Shown: one piece after another, positions 24,365-38,248 of the stretch
How the letters are laid out: each line of letters opens with the position of its first letter
Numbering within the stretch: position 1 is the first letter of the stretch
Source of the DNA: Mobula hypostoma
Taxonomy: Eukaryota
DNA length: 64,000 bases
Reading direction: 5' to 3'
Assembly: GCF_963921235.1 (NCBI RefSeq)
Contig: NC_086097.1
Span: 86,926,001-86,990,000, forward strand
Translations under genes and position numbers: made by a program
The notes under the pieces: model-generated
Seen by the model: only the letters and a program-made list of their open reading frames with translations
What the model was told of the DNA's origin: nothing
The model's database searches: none

Positions 24365-27350
24365 CATAAGAATATAAGACCATATGGCCCATGGAATCTG
24401 CTCCACCATTCCATCACGGTTGATTTATTATTCCTCACAACTCCATTCTCCTGCCTGCTCCCCACACCTTTGATGCCCTGACTAATCAAGAACCTACCAA
24501 CCTCTGCTTTAAATCTACTCAATGACTTGGCCTCCATAGCCATCTGTGGCAGTGAATTCCACAGATTCACCATGCTCAGGCTAAAGAAATTTCTCCTCAT
24601 CTCTGTTCTAAATGGATGTGCCCTCTGACTTAGACTCACATCCTATAGGAAGCATCCTCTTTGCATCCACTCTATCTAGACCTCTCAATACTCAACAGGT
24701 TTCAATGAGATCCTCCATCGTTCTTCTAAACTCCACTGAATACTGGCCCAGAGCCATCAAACTCTCCTCATACGTTAAACCTTTCATTCCCAGAATCAGT
24801 TTTGTAAACTTCCCCTGAACCTTCACTAATGCCAGCATATTTTTCATAGATGGGACACAAAACTGCTCATAATGCGCCGTGTGATCTGACCAGTGCCTTA
24901 TAAAGCCTCAACATTACATCCTTGCTTTTATATTCTAGCCCTCTCAAAATGCTAACTTTGCATTTGCCTTCCTTATCACTGTCTCAAACTGCAAGTTAAC
25001 CTTTAGGTAATCCTGCACAAGACCCTTTGTATCTCTGATTTTTGAATTCTTTTCCTGCTTGGAAAATGGCTTACACCTTTATTCCTTCTACCAAAGCATG
25101 ACCATACACTTCCCTAGACTATATTTCATCTGCCACTTTGCCCATTCTCCTATCTGTCTAAGTGCTTCTGCAGACCCTCTGCTTCCTCAACACTACCTGC
25201 CCCACCTCCCCTCACCAATCTTTGTATCATCTGCGAACTTGAAATACAAAACCATCAACTCCATCATCCAAATCATTGGCATGTAATATGAATAGAACAA
25301 GTCCCAAAACCAACCTCTATGGAACACCGCTAGTCGCTGGTTCCCAATCAGAATAGGACCCCTTTCTTTCCACTCTCTGCCTCCTGCTCGTCAGCCAGTC
25401 TTCTGTCCTTGCTAGTACCTTTCCTGCAGTACCATGGGCTCTTATCTTGTTAAGCAGTCTCATGTGCGGTACCTTGTCAAAGGCCTTCTAAAAATCCATG
25501 TAAACAACATTCACTGACACTCCATTGTCTATCCTGCCTATTATTTTCTCAATGATTTCCAACAGATTTGTCAGACAAGATTTCTCCTTAAGGAAACCAT
25601 GCTGATTTTGGCCTACTTTATCATGCACACTCAAGAAGCTTGAAACCTCATCTTTATTAATGGACTACAACATCTCCCAACCACTGAAGTCAGGCTACTT
25701 GGCCTATAATTTCCTTTCTTGTGCCTCCCTCCATTCTTTAAGAGTGGAGTGACATTTGCAATTTTCCAGTCCTACAGAACCTTTCCAGAATCTAGTGATT
25801 CTGAAAGGTCATTACCAGTGTCTCCACAATCTTTTAAGCTATCTCTTTCAGAAACCTGGGGTGTAGCCAATCTGGTCCAGGGGAGTTATCTACCTTCAGA
25901 CATTTTAGCTTCCCAAGCACCATTTCCTTGGTAATAGCAGTTACATTCACTTCTGTCCCCTGATACACCAGAATTTCTATCATACTGCTAATGTCTTCTA
26001 CAGTGAAGACTTTCACAAAATACTTGTTAAGTTTTTCTGCCATTTCTTTGTCCCCAATTACTACCTCTACTGCATCATGTTCCAGCAGTCCAATATCCAC
26101 TCTCACATCACTTTTTCTCAGTATATATTTCGAAAAAAATTGGTATCCTCTGTTATACTATTGGCTATCTTACCTTCATATTTCATCTTTTCTCTCCTGG
26201 TAGTTTTTTTAAGTTGCCTTCTACTGGCTTTAAATCCTTCTCACTCCTTTAACTTCCCACTAATTTTTGTGATATATAAATATGCTCCCACTTTTGCTTT
26301 TATGCGGTCTTTGTCTTCCCTTGTTAGCCATGGTTGCTTCATCTTCCCTTTGTAGGTTAAGGTCCAGACTATGATCTTCTCACTATCCCTGGAAGTTAAG
26401 GTCCAGACTATGATCTTCTTTCAGCCATGACTCAGTGATGCCCATAATGTATACCTGCCGCTCCCTAACTACGGTATAAGATCATCTACCATTATTCCGT
26501 ATACTGATTGAATTCAAATATAACACTTTCAGTTCACTGTTCATCACCCGTTTCGATTTTGCCTCCATGTTGCATAAACCCATCCCACTGACTGGAAGTT
26601 TGCCCTATCATTTGCTTCTCCTTCTTCACACTCTCACTGCACAATGCATTGACTTGAATAGCAATTCCTGCATCCTCAGCCCTATCACTCTGACTCACTG
26701 TCAAGCCCTATCAATCCTCTTGCCAAACTAATTTAAACCCTCCCCAACAGCTCTAGAAAACCTGCCCACAAGGATATTGGTCTCCCTCGGGTTGAGATCT
26801 TACCCATCTGTTTTGCACAGGTCTTAAATTCCCCAGAAGAGATCCCAATGATCCAGAAATCTGACCCTCTGCCTCCTGCACCATTCCTTCAGCCACTCAT
26901 TCATCTGACCAATCATCCTACACCTGGCCTGACTAGCAAGTGGTACTGGGAATAATCCAGAGATTAATAACTTGGAGTTCCTGCTCTTTAGCCTCTCCTT
27001 AGACACACTGCGCAGGACCTCTTCCCTCTTTCTACCTGTCCCATTGGCCCTAATGTGCACCATGACTACTGGCTGCTTACCTTCCCTCTTGAGAATCTTC
27101 TGCAGACACTTTGAGACATCTTGAACCCTGGCACCTGAGAGGTAACCCACCATCCTGGCTTCTCGTTCATCTACACAGAGTCTGCTGTCTTTTCTTCAAA
27201 CTATAAGAGTCTCCTATCACAGACGCTCTGCCTGACTTTATGCCTCCCTGTTGAGCCTCAGAGCCAGCCACAATACCACTAGCCTGGCTGCTGGTGCTGT
27301 GCACGGATGGGCCATACGCCCCAGCACTATCCAAAGGAATGTACTTGTGG
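24365..27350 (-). mobile_element. Degenerate, internally deleted CR1 LINE
   Basis: SGARVQDV esterase (26824-27153); SPGPDWLHPRFLKE; FRTEMRRNFFS; tail near 24365. Confidence 0.85.
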
Positions 27351-27874
27351 CTGAGTGGTCTGCAGCAGGGTAGCAATCCATTCAAATCCATCCCACCAAC
27401 TCTGCAACCACTTGTTCTTGCATACAGTATAGGGGATCTATCATTCATGCAATCATAATCTGGGGTGGATCTGTAAGATCCGGCTCCTTATCAGACACAA
27501 CGTCAATGTTTTTTCTCCTGGCAGTATATCCATAGCTAGCTCTGCATGCTATATGTTTTACTAGATAACTTTGTCTTTGCATTCTTTAGTATTTGCCACA
27601 CCAAAAACAGGAGTTGGATTATTTTTCTTAACTGCTGATTCAAAACCTACTAACCCTATTACAGGCCTGCTGAACACTTTGTATTTATAATAGGCGATTG
27701 GGATGTAGGCTAGCAGCATTTAAATTGAAAAACTCAGCCTTGAGGGTGTCTGTGGTGCATCCTTTAATACATAAATTTCTGCTTATTTGAAAATTCATCT
27801 TTTGATTATGCTTTTAGCTAAACTTCCTCTGTCAGTATCGGATCTCTTGATAGTTATGCAAAGTATTCCCTTTC

Positions 27875-29094
27875 TTTTTTTTTTAATATAATTTTTATTG
27901 AATTTTCAAAAAGAATACATGAAAAAAAGAATCTACCCTCCACCCTCCCCTTAACCCTCCCCCCCCATATATAGTCCTACCTAAAAAGAAAGAAAAAGGA
28001 AAAAAAAAGAAAGAAAAAAAAAGAAAAAAAAGAAAAAGAAAAAAAAGAACCCCCTGGTTATTGGAAGGTTTCCACATGCTCCATGGGATTCAAAATGAAT
28101 TTGGTATAATTATTCGTTACTTTCCCCAAGTGACCAAAGTCTTTATCGGAGCACTTAAATATGCCATCCTATCTTTTGTAAATAAGGGCGCCAAATATTC
28201 AAAAATGTTACATATTTATCTCTTAAATTATAAGTAATTTTTTCAAGTGGAATAGAACTAGCCATCTCTATTAGCAAGGAGACCTTTGTTCCAAAACAGA
28301 CTTATTCCTTTTACAATGGACAATCAACTTTTATATAATTGGTACCAAAAAGGGATTAAATTTATAGGAGATTGTTTTGAACGAGGTATATTGATGTCAT
28401 TCAAACAATTAAAGGTTAAATATAAAATATCTAATAATACTTTCTTTTGTTACTTTCAATTAAGGGCTTACTTAAAAGGTAAGCTGGGTCAAAGAATGTT
28501 TTTGCCAAAACCTAATGAAATTGAAATTTTAATCCAAAAAGGGAAAATTAAAAAATTTATTTCTCGTATGTATAATTTGATTCAAGAACAGACAATTAAA
28601 CAAGGAACCCATAAGTCAAAGCAAAAATGGGAAACAGATCTGAATATTATTATTGATGAAACAAATTGGTCAAGACTTTGTCTTGACAGTATGACAAATA
28701 CAATAAATGTTTGACTTAGATTAGTACAATATAATTTTTTACATCAATTATATATTACACCGCAAAAAATAAATAGATTAAATTCAAATTTTTCTGATAA
28801 ATGTTTTCGGTGTAATCAAGAAATTGGTACTTTTTTACATTCTACTTGGTCTTGTTTTAAAATTCAACCCTTTTGGATAAATTTAAGAATCTTATTGGAA
28901 CAAATTACTGCAATTCAACTTCCACATAACCCTGTATTATTTTTATTAGGTGATATTGAAGGGATAAAACCGAAACGTAAATTGAATAAATATCAGAAAG
29001 AATTTATAAAAATTGCATTGGCAGTAGCTAAGAAGACTATAGCAGTTACTTGGAAATCTGATTCGTATTTAAGTATGGATCGTTGGAATAATGA
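27875..29094 (-). mobile_element. L1-clade LINE with 5' inversion (twin priming)
   Basis: Minus-strand 3' end and A-tail at 27875-28270; plus-strand ORF2 segment (FFCYFQLR, CFRC..EIGTFLHSTWSC) at 28270-29094; 15-bp TSD AAAGTATTCCCTTTC. Confidence 0.9.
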
Positions 29095-29139
29095 AAAGTA
29101 TTCCCTTTCAAAAAGTTATAACTGGATTGACAATTTGTA

Positions 29140-29410
29140 TTTATTTATTTAGAGATGGAATTGGTCCTTCTGGCCAAATGAGCTGCACCACTCAGCAACC
29201 CTTATATTTAACCCTCGCCTAATCATAGGACAATTTACAATAACCAATTAAACTACTGAACAACATGTCTTTGGACTATGGGAGGAAATTGGAGCATCCG
29301 GAGGAAACCCACGCATTCAAGGGGAGGGCATACAAACTCCTTACTGAGGGCGCCAGTATTGAACTCTGAACTCCGACGCCCTGAGCTAAAATAGAGTTGA
29401 GTGTACTGCA
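29140..29410 (-). mobile_element. SINE-like dispersed repeat (related copies near 1220-1350, 40890-41130, 51180-51478, 57440-57720)
   Basis: Shared GGACAATTTACAATAACCAATTAA...GGAGGAAA.TGGAGCA..GAAACCCACG block and (TTTA)n end. Confidence 0.65.
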
Positions 29411-29471
29411 CCATAAGTTGATATTATGGGTCCCTTACACTAGAATTGATGAATATAGAGCTTTTTGATAC

Positions 29472-29613
29472 CTCCTTCTCAATATAAGACAGGCACAGGG
29501 AGTTGTAAGCCATGGCTTCCACTCTGTGTGATGAGTCATACAGATGCCATTTGTGGAAAATATGTCCACGCATGAAAACGAAGATATTTTAGCTGCCCGC
29601 CACGCATCTAAAT
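29472..29613 (-). pseudogene. GALNT11: GALNT11-like pseudo-exon (IWMCGG...GHIF...NSL exon)
   Basis: ttttttgctcag|I*MRGGQL, frameshifted, then HIFHKWHLYDSSHRVEAMAYNSLCLSYI...|gt. Recalled GALNT11 reads [37 protein letters not shown]. Not visible in the ORF track. Confidence 0.85.
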
Positions 29614-29699
29614 CTGAGCAAAAAATTAAAGACTTTTTATAATAAACACATACAGGAGAAAATTCTTTCCATTTAGTTAGATTAATTGTCAGCATTTGA

Positions 29700-30720
29700 A
29701 ATTATGGCATTGTAGCCTGTAGTAAGATTTGGTTGCAGGAGGGGCAGGACCGGCAGTCCAATGTTCTGTGGTTCCTTTGTCTTAGTGTGATATAGTGGGA
29801 GGGATTAAAGGAGGGATGGCATTGCTAGTCAGGGAAAATGTCATGACAGTGCTCCGTCAGGACATATTGGAGAGCTCATCTACTGAGGCTATATGGACGC
29901 AACTGAAGAATATGAGGAGATGACCAAGTTAGTGGGATTAAATTGTAGGCCACTCAATAGTTACCATGATTTAGAGGAGCAAATTTGTAGAGAGATGGCA
30001 GGTTGTTACCAGAAACATAAGGTTGTGGTAGTTGGTGATATTTAGCTTTCCACATATTGATTGGCACTCTCAGATTCTGAAAAGGCTGGATGGCATAGAG
30101 TTTGTCAAATGTATTTCGGAAAGTTTCCTTATAGAGGTCCGACTAGAGGAAGTACAATGCTGGATCTCCTATTAGGGAACAAGACAGAGCAGGTGACAGA
30201 AATTTGTGTAGGGGAACACTTTGGATCTAGTGATCATAATGTCATTAAGTTCAAGATAATTATGGAGAAGAATAGGTCTGATCCTTGGGTTGATTTTCTA
30301 AATTGGACAAAGGCCAGTTTTGATGAAATCAGAAAGGATATGGCAAGTGCAGATTGGGAAAGGTTGTTTTCTGGCAAAAGTGTCCTTGATAAGTGGAAGA
30401 CATTAAAAAGTGAAATTTTGGGAGTACAGTGTTTCTATGTTCCTGTCAGAAAAAAAGTCAAGGATAACAGGTTTAAGGAACCTCGATTTTCAAACTGTAT
30501 TGATGTCGTGGTTAAGAAGATGGAAGTGTACGGCAGGTTTAGGCAGCAAGGAACAAATGAAGTACTTGAGAAGTATACGAAGTGCAACCAAACTCCTAAC
30601 GAAGGAAATTAGGAAGGTTAAAAGAAGTTAAGAGATTGCTCTGGCAGACAAGGTGAAGATGAATCCCAAGTGCTTCGACAAATATATTAAGAATGAAAGG
30701 ACAACAAGGGACAAAATAGA
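29700..30720 (+). mobile_element. CR1 APE-endonuclease fragment
   Basis: PTRGSTMLDLLLGN...EHFGSSDHN. Confidence 0.85.
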
Positions 30721-30860
30721 TTTAGTGCACTTTTGCTGTGTACGTTTTGGAGCTAATAAAATGTGTTACGGGTTTCATTAAACATAAAACACCTCACGCA
30801 ACACACATCAAAGTTGCTGGTGAACGCAGCAGGCCAGGCAGCATCTCTAGGAAGAGGTAC

Positions 30861-30896
30861 AGTCAACGTTTCGGGTTGAGACCCTTCGTCAGGACT
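30861..30896 (-). ncRNA. Minimal hammerhead ribozyme, GUU variant
   Basis: AGTC CTGACGA AGGGTCTCAACCC GAAA C GTT GACT. Confidence 0.75.
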
Positions 30897-33160
30897 AACT
30901 GAAGGAAGAGTTAGCAAGAGATTTGAAAGTGGGAGGGGGAGGTGGAGATCCAAAATGATAGGAGAAGACAGGAGGGGGAGGGATGAAGCCAAGAGCTGGA
31001 CAGGTGATTGGCAAAGGGGATATGAGAGGATCATGGGACAGGAGGCCCAGGGAAAAAGACAAGGAGGGTGGAACCCAGAGGATGGGCAAGGGGTATAGTC
31101 AGAGGGACAGAGGGAGAAAAAGGAGAGTGAGAGAAAGAATGTGTGTATAAAAATAAATAACTGATGGGGTACAAGGGGGAGGTGGGGCATTAGCGGAAGT
31201 TAGAGAAGTCAATGTTCATGCCATCAGGTTGGAGGCAACCCAGACGGAATATAAGGTGTTGTTCCTCCAACCTGAGCGTGGCTTCATCTTTACAGTAGAG
31301 GAGGCCGTGGATAGACATGTCAGAATGGGAATGGGATGTGGAATTAAAATGTGTGGCCACTGGGAGATCCTGCTTTCTCTGGCGGACAGAGCATAGGTGT
31401 TCAGCAAAGCGGTCTCCCAGTCTGCGTCGGGTCTCGCCAATATATAGAAGGCCACATCGGGAGCACTGGACGCAGTATATCACCCCAGCCGACTCACAGG
31501 TGAAGTGTTGCCTCACCTGGAAGGACTGTCTGGGGCCCTGAATGCTGGTAAGGGAGGAAGTGTAAGGGCATGTGTAGCACTTGTTCCGCTTACAAGGATA
31601 AGTGCCAGGAGGGAGACCCGTGGGGAGGGATGGGGGGAACGAATGGATAAGGGAGTCGCGTAGGGAGCGACCCTGCGGAATGCAGAGAGAGGGGGGAGGG
31701 AAAGATGTGCTTAGTTGTGGGATCCCGTTACAGGTGGCAGAAGTTATGGAGAATAATATGTTGGACGCGGAGGCTGGTGGGGTGGTAGCTGAGGACCAGG
31801 GGAACTCTATTCCTAGTGGGGTGGCAGGAGGATGGAGTGAGAGCAGATGTGCGTGAAATGGGGGAGATGCATTTGAGAGCAGAGTTGATGGTGGAGGAAG
31901 GGAAGCCCCTTTCTTTAAAAAATGAGGGCATCTCCCTCGTCCTGGAATGAAAAGCCTCATCCTGAGAGCAGATGCGGCGGAGACGGAGGAATTGCGAGAA
32001 GGGGATGGCACTTTTGCAAGAGACAGGGTGAGAAGAGGAATAGTCTAGATAGCTGTGAGAGTCAGTAGGCTTATAGTAGACATCAGTGGATAAGCTGTCT
32101 CCAGAGATAGAGACAGAAAGATCTAGAAAGGGGAGGGAGGTGTCGGAAATGGACCAGGTAAACTTGAGGGCAGGGTGAAAGTTGGAGGCAAAGTTAATAA
32201 AGTCAATGAGCTCAGCATGTATGCAGGAAGCAGCGCCAATGCAGTCGTCGATGTAGTGAAGGAAAAGTGGGGGACAGATACCAGTATAGGTACGGAACAT
32301 AGATTGCTCCACAAAGCCAACAAAAAGGCAGGCATAGCTAGGACCCATACGGGTGCCCATAGCTACACCTTTAGTTTGGAGGAAGTGGGAGGAGCCAAAG
32401 GAGAAATTATTAAGAGTAAGGACTAATTCCGCTAGACGGAGCAGAGTGGTGGTAGAGGGGAACTGATTAGGTCTGGAATCCTAATCATGCCCTTACACTT
32501 CCTCCCTTACCACCATTCAGGGCCCCAGACAGTCCTTCCAGGTGAGGCATCACTTCACTTGTGAGTCGGCTGGGGTGATATACTGCATCCGGTTCTCCCG
32601 ATGTGGCCTTCTATATATTGGCGAGATCCGAGGCAGACTGGGAGACCGCTTTGCTGAACACCTACGCTCTGTCCGCCAGAGAAAGCAGGATCTCCCAGTG
32701 GCCACACATTTTAATTCCACATCCCATTCCCATTCTGACATGTCTATCCACGGCCTCCTCTACTGTAAAGATGAAGCCACACTCAGGTTGGAGGAACAAC
32801 ACCTTATATTCTGTCTGGGTAGCCTCCAACCTGATGGCATGAACATTGACTTCTCTAACTTCCGCTAATGCCCCACCTCGCCCTCGTACCCCATCTGTTA
32901 CTTATTTTTATACACACATTCCTTCTCTCACTCTTCTTTTTCTCCCTCTGTCCCTCTGACTATACCCCTTGCCCATCCTCTGGGTTCCCCCCCTTTGTCT
33001 TTCTCCCTGGGCCTCCTGTCCCATGATCGTTTCGTATCCCTTTTGCCTATCACCTGTCCAGCTCTTGGCTCCATCCTTCCCCCTCCTGTCTTCTCCTATC
33101 ATTTTGGATCTCCCCTTCCCCCTCCCACTTTCAAATTCCTTACTCACTCTTCCTTCAGTT

Positions 33161-33196
33161 AGTCCTGACGAAGGGTCTCGGCCTGAAACGTCGACT
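33161..33196 (+). ncRNA. Minimal hammerhead ribozyme, intact
   Basis: AGTC CTGACGA AGG GTCTCGG CCT GAAA C GTC GACT. Confidence 0.85.
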
Positions 33197-33439
33197 GCAC
33201 CTCTTCCTACAGATGCTGCCTGGCCTGCTGTGTTCACCAGCAACTTTGATGTGTGTTGCATGAATTTCCAGCATCTGCAGAATTCCTGTTGTTTGCGTTT
33301 ATAAAACACCTCACTTTGTTTTATTTGCAGAAACCTACAACATGGAGGCACCTTCATGAACTCCCACAACTCCTGACAGCCCTGTGATTTAATCTCTGAG
33401 CTAATCAACGGGCTGGAGTGTTTACTGATAATCATTAAA

Positions 33440-34543
33440 CTCTTACTTCAGCCGTCTGAGGTGCCCCCCCGCCACCCCGCTTCAAACATACCGCTGCGCA
33501 ATAAGAAACTAGTAACCTGCCTCAATGACTGTTATCCAGTAGCACAAACATGTAAAGGCTGTGTACTCAGCCCCCTGCTGTACTCATTGTACACCCAAAA
33601 TTGTGTAGCCAAGTTTCCATCAAACTCAATATATAAGTTTGCTGATGACACAACAATTGTAGGCCGTATCTCGGGTAATGATGAGTTTGAGTACAGAGAG
33701 GAAATTAAGAACCTGGTGAAATGGTGTGAAGACAGTAACCTATCCCTCAACGTCAGCAAGATGAAGGAATTGGTTGTTGACTTCAGAAGGAGTAGCGGAC
33801 CACACGACCCAATTTACATCGGTGATGCGCAAGTGGAACAGGTCAAAAGCTTTAAGTTCCTCGGGGTCAATATCACAAATGACCTGACTTGGTCCAACCA
33901 AGCAGAGTTCGCTGCCAAGAAGGCCACCCGGTGCCTTTACTTCCTCAGAAGACTAAAGAAATTTGGCCTGTCCCCTAAAATCCTCACTAATTTTTATAGA
34001 TGCACTGTAGAAAGCATTCTTCTAGGGTGCATCACAACCTGGTATGGAAGTTGTCCTGTCCAGTACCGGAAGAAGCTACAGAAGATCATGAAAACGGCGC
34101 AGCACATCACACAAACCAATCTTCCGTCCGTGGACTCACTTACACCGCACGCTGTCAGAGCAGTGCTACCAGGATAATCAAGGACACGATCCACCCAGCC
34201 AACACACTTTTTGTCCCTCTTCCCTCCGGGAGAAGACTCAGGAGCTTGAAGACTCATACGGCCATATTTGGAAACAGCTTCCTTCCAACTGTGATAAGAC
34301 TGCTGAACGGATCCTGACCCAGATCTGGGCCGTACCCTCCAAATATCCGGACCTGCCTCTCGGTTTTTTTGTACTTCCTTACTTTCCATTTTTCTATTTT
34401 CTATTTATGATTTATAGTTTAAATTTTTAATATTTACTATCAAATTGTAATCCAGGGAGCGGGAAGCGCAGAATCAAATATCGCTGTGATGATTGTATGT
34501 TCTAGAATCAATTGTTTGGCGACAATAAAGTATAAAGTATAAA
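33440..34543 (+). mobile_element. Rex/L2-type LINE, internally deleted RT to 3' end
   Basis: TCLNDCYPVA|GCVLSPLLYSLYT, KFADDTTIVG; tail (AAAGTAT)n. Confidence 0.88.
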
Positions 34544-35149
34544 GATTCAATGATTCAAAGTACATTTATTATCAAAGTATGTATGCAGTGTACAACCCTG
34601 AGATTCGCCTCCCCACAGACAGCCATGAAACAAAGAAACACATAGAATCTGTGCAAAGAACACCTATTGTGCAAAATAAAAGAACAAATCTTGCAAACAG
34701 GAAAAGACAAGTGAAAAACATGGCATATGAAACATCAAACCATAGAGTCATTGAAACGGTCCAGGAATATTTAGTTTAGTTCAGTTCAGTTCAGCTGAAC
34801 ACCTGCAAGCCTTAGGCTCTCATCCTCATTGATTTCAATCTTGCACAACGCCTTAATCGGCAAGATCAGCAAAAATGAAGTTGATCATGGGCTCATGGCG
34901 GAATCCAGGCTTCTCGGTCTCCAGGCTGCACGCTTTGCTCAAAACCTCACTGAACTCCTTCAGAGTCGGCCAACCACCGGGTCACTCAATCAGCACGAAA
35001 ACACACCATCAAAATGTAAATCTCAAGTTCCAATAGCAGCTGAATCATTTGAAGGAAGAAGTAAAAGAAGTAGCTTTGTGAACTGTCTGAAGGACTTTGC
35101 CTTTCGTCACATTGTTTGCTGGTGCCACCTCCTCCTAGGGACCTGCATC

Positions 35150-35795
35150 CTCTGTGATGAAGTGCTTTGAGAGGTTGATGATGAAACATATCAACTCCTG
35201 CCTGAGAAGTGGCTTGGATCTGCTCCAAATTGCCTACCATCTCAACAGGTCAACAGCAGGTGCCATTTCACTGGAACTTTACTCTGCCTTGGAACATCTA
35301 GACAGTGAAGATGCAGACATCACTACAATGAGCTCGGCATTCAATACTATCATCCCCTCAGAACTAATCAATCAGCTATAAGACTTGGGCCTCAATAACT
35401 CCTTGTGCAATTGGATCCTTGACTTCCTCACCCAGTTGCTACAGATTGGCAGCACCATCTCCTACACAATCACCATCAGCAGGGGTGTACCACACGATCG
35501 TGTGCTTAGCTCCCTGCTCTATTCACATTATATCTATGATTGTGTGGCTAAGTATAACCCAGGGCCATATTTAAATTTGCTGATGACATCACTATTGTTG
35601 GCCACATTAAAAGATGTATTGAAGGGAGACTGAAAATCTAGTTGAATTGTGCCATAACAACAATATCTTACTCTAATTATTGACTGCAGGAGGAAGAGGC
35701 AGAGCAGTCCATGATCCAGTCCTCATTAGGAAACTTTAAATTCCTTGACGTTGTCATATCAGAGGATCTATCCTGGGACCAGCACACAAGTGCCG
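35150..35795 (+). mobile_element. Old Rex/L2-type RT fragment
   Basis: MKCFERLMMKHI...SSAFNTIIP...LCNWILDFL. Confidence 0.8.
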
Positions 35796-35856
35796 TCATA
35801 CCCTCTGACCGTGGCTCATAATAAACCAGGCTCATGAGCTAACTCTGGCTAACAGC

Positions 35857-36686
35857 TGTTACGTACCCCGTAACTGGGTTGCCAAACCAGCAGAAATGGA
35901 CCACTTAGTTGGAGTCTGGATTACTGGAACTAAGAAGGTTTTATTAAAGAAATAAACAACACAGTACTCTAATCGTAAGGATATAAATGCAACAGCTTAG
36001 CAATGATAAAACACACATGTACACAGAACTAGGATAATAGGAATCAATCAAGCTCTATCACAGTCTAGGGGTAAAATGATCAATCTCAAGTGACGCAGAG
36101 TTCAGTTCAGCTGAGTACAGTTCACAGTAATCGCTGTTGTGCCATTGGAGAGAGAGAGAGCGAATATGCAAATTTTCGATTCAAACAGACCTTTTATGTT
36201 CCTCGCAGTTAGCTTTCGGGCGAGCCCTTTTAATGTCTTCTGAGGTCACCGACTGTGACCCCTCCATTCCGGATACGATCGTTCTTCCGCTGTGAACCCG
36301 GCACCCAGGCAAGGGCGGACACACACACCAGGTTCTCACCAATCGTACATTTTCACCCTGTGCATCTATGGTCGGTCCTGCGACCAGACCACCAAACTCT
36401 CACCAACTTGTGGGGCACACCGCACTTCCAGGGTCTCGTTATCTCGTGGTCTCGTGGTATCTGTCGTGCCTTAGCGAACCTGTCCCTTTTATCCCCCTGC
36501 TGGGGTATCGCCTGTCCATCAAACTTCAGACAGTTCAGGTTCAAAGCAACCAGTCTGTAAATACTTGGAACTGTGTCTCTTCATTAATCTCTCTCCTCTC
36601 TCATTAACATTTTGAACGCTTCTCTCTTTGTCTCTCTTATCTCTCTCATCAGCATCAATCTTCTGATAACTTGGTTTTTCGTCACA
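35857..36686 (-). mobile_element. Solo LTR
   Basis: TGTTACG...CGTCACA ends, 4-bp TSD CAGC, AATAAA on the minus strand near 35940. Confidence 0.85.
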
Positions 36687-37680
36687 CAGCCGTGTGACTC
36701 AGCATTGCATGGGTAACGGAGAGAAGGCCACCTTCAATAACCAACACATGTCTAGGGTTCGGCCCAACAGGAATATTGGAATGTTCCAATGACGGAACGA
36801 AAGTTGTGATAAATGCTGTGTAAATGTTTCCCCATGCAAAGTTATCATTCGCCAGGAAATAACAGGTTGTACACTGACATAAAATTACAGTGGAAGCACT
36901 GTATATTTGCCAGTATTTCAACTTTAACGACCAGTTAACAGAAAAAAGACCCATTACAGCTAAACCAGTCTAAATGTGCACATAAATGTTGGAGCTCGTT
37001 TCTGAAGTAGTAGGGTGTATTAGTTTACTCATGGTGCTAGACCCACATCACCAGTCATAATTCAAACTTCCCTCAAAGAATGTTATGAACAAACTGGCTA
37101 ACCCAGAAGGATTGGCACGTCCTCCTTGGAACCATTCGTGTGCACAAAGCATTTCTTGCAATAGGGTCTTCCCTGGTGCTCTTCTCCACAACTCCTTCTC
37201 CTCCAACACCTCTCAGCCAAAACACAAAGCTAGATCCCTCAGATACCTGACCCTATCCAGCTCTCTTGAAAGTTCTGTGACATCCCACTGGACAGAATGT
37301 TACAACACGTTACCAAGACAAACCTGATTGGCTGACAAAGCATTCCTTAGTTGGGCAAAAGGCTCCTTATCTCAGCTGAAGCCAAAACACTAACCCATGA
37401 AGCTTAGTGGACAGAACACACTGCATTTGCAGAAAACTGTTAAAATAAAATGCTTAAAAGCATTGCAGTAGAAAATACAATTTTGACCAGAACTTTACAG
37501 AAAGAATGACAGTACCTCTACTTTCTTAGAAGTTTATTAGATTTGATGTGTCATAGTTAACAGACTTGGATAGATGCACAGTGGAGAATAGCACAGAGTA
37601 ATTGATTGCATAAGTGTTCACCCCATTTAATATGACACACCAAATCATCACTGGCGCAGCCAATTGGTTTTAGAAGTCAG

Positions 37681-37987
37681 ATGTAGGCATCCGTTAGTCT
37701 CGTGAGACCATGGATTTGTGCCTTGGAAGGTTTCCAGGGCGCAGGCCTGGGGAAGGTTGTATGGAAGACCAGCAGTTTCCCATGCTGCAAGTCTCCTCTC
37801 TCCATGCCACCGATGATGTCCAAGGGAAGGGCACTGGGGCCAATGCAGCTTGGCACCGGTGTCATCGCAGAGCAATGTATGGTTAAGTGCCATGCTCAAG
37901 GACACAACACGCTGCCTCAGCTGAGGCTCGAACTAGTAACCTTCAGGTCACTAGACCGACACCTTAACCACTTGGCCACATGCCAAC
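37681..37987 (-). mobile_element. tRNA-derived SINE
   Basis: Head GTGGCCAAGTGGTTAAGG...AGTTCGAGCC (box A / box B). Confidence 0.7.
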
Positions 37988-38248
37988 ACATAATTCAACT
38001 CAGAAGTTAAATGGAGACCACCTATGTGCAGTCAAGGTGTTTCAATTGATTATAGTAAAAATACACCTGTATCTGGAAGGTCCAACTGCTGGTGAGTCAG
38101 TATCCTGGCAAAAACTACACCATGGAGTCAAAAGAACACTCCAAGCAGCTCCGCGAAAAGGTTACTGAAAAGCACAAGTCAGGAAATAGATACAAGAACA
38201 TTTCCAAGTTACTGAATATCCCTCAGAGTACAGTTAAGTCAATCATCA

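Larger units (their letters stand above)
30798..33300. mobile_element. Penelope-like element: minus-strand RT and GIY-YIG (30798-32480) joined to an inverted 3' copy (32487-33300)
   Basis: MGTRMGPSYACLFVG, HYIDD, LPFLDL, VYYKPTDSHSYL; GIY-YIG on both arms; 14-bp TSD ATAAAACACCTCAC (30784-30797 / 33301-33314). Confidence 0.95.
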
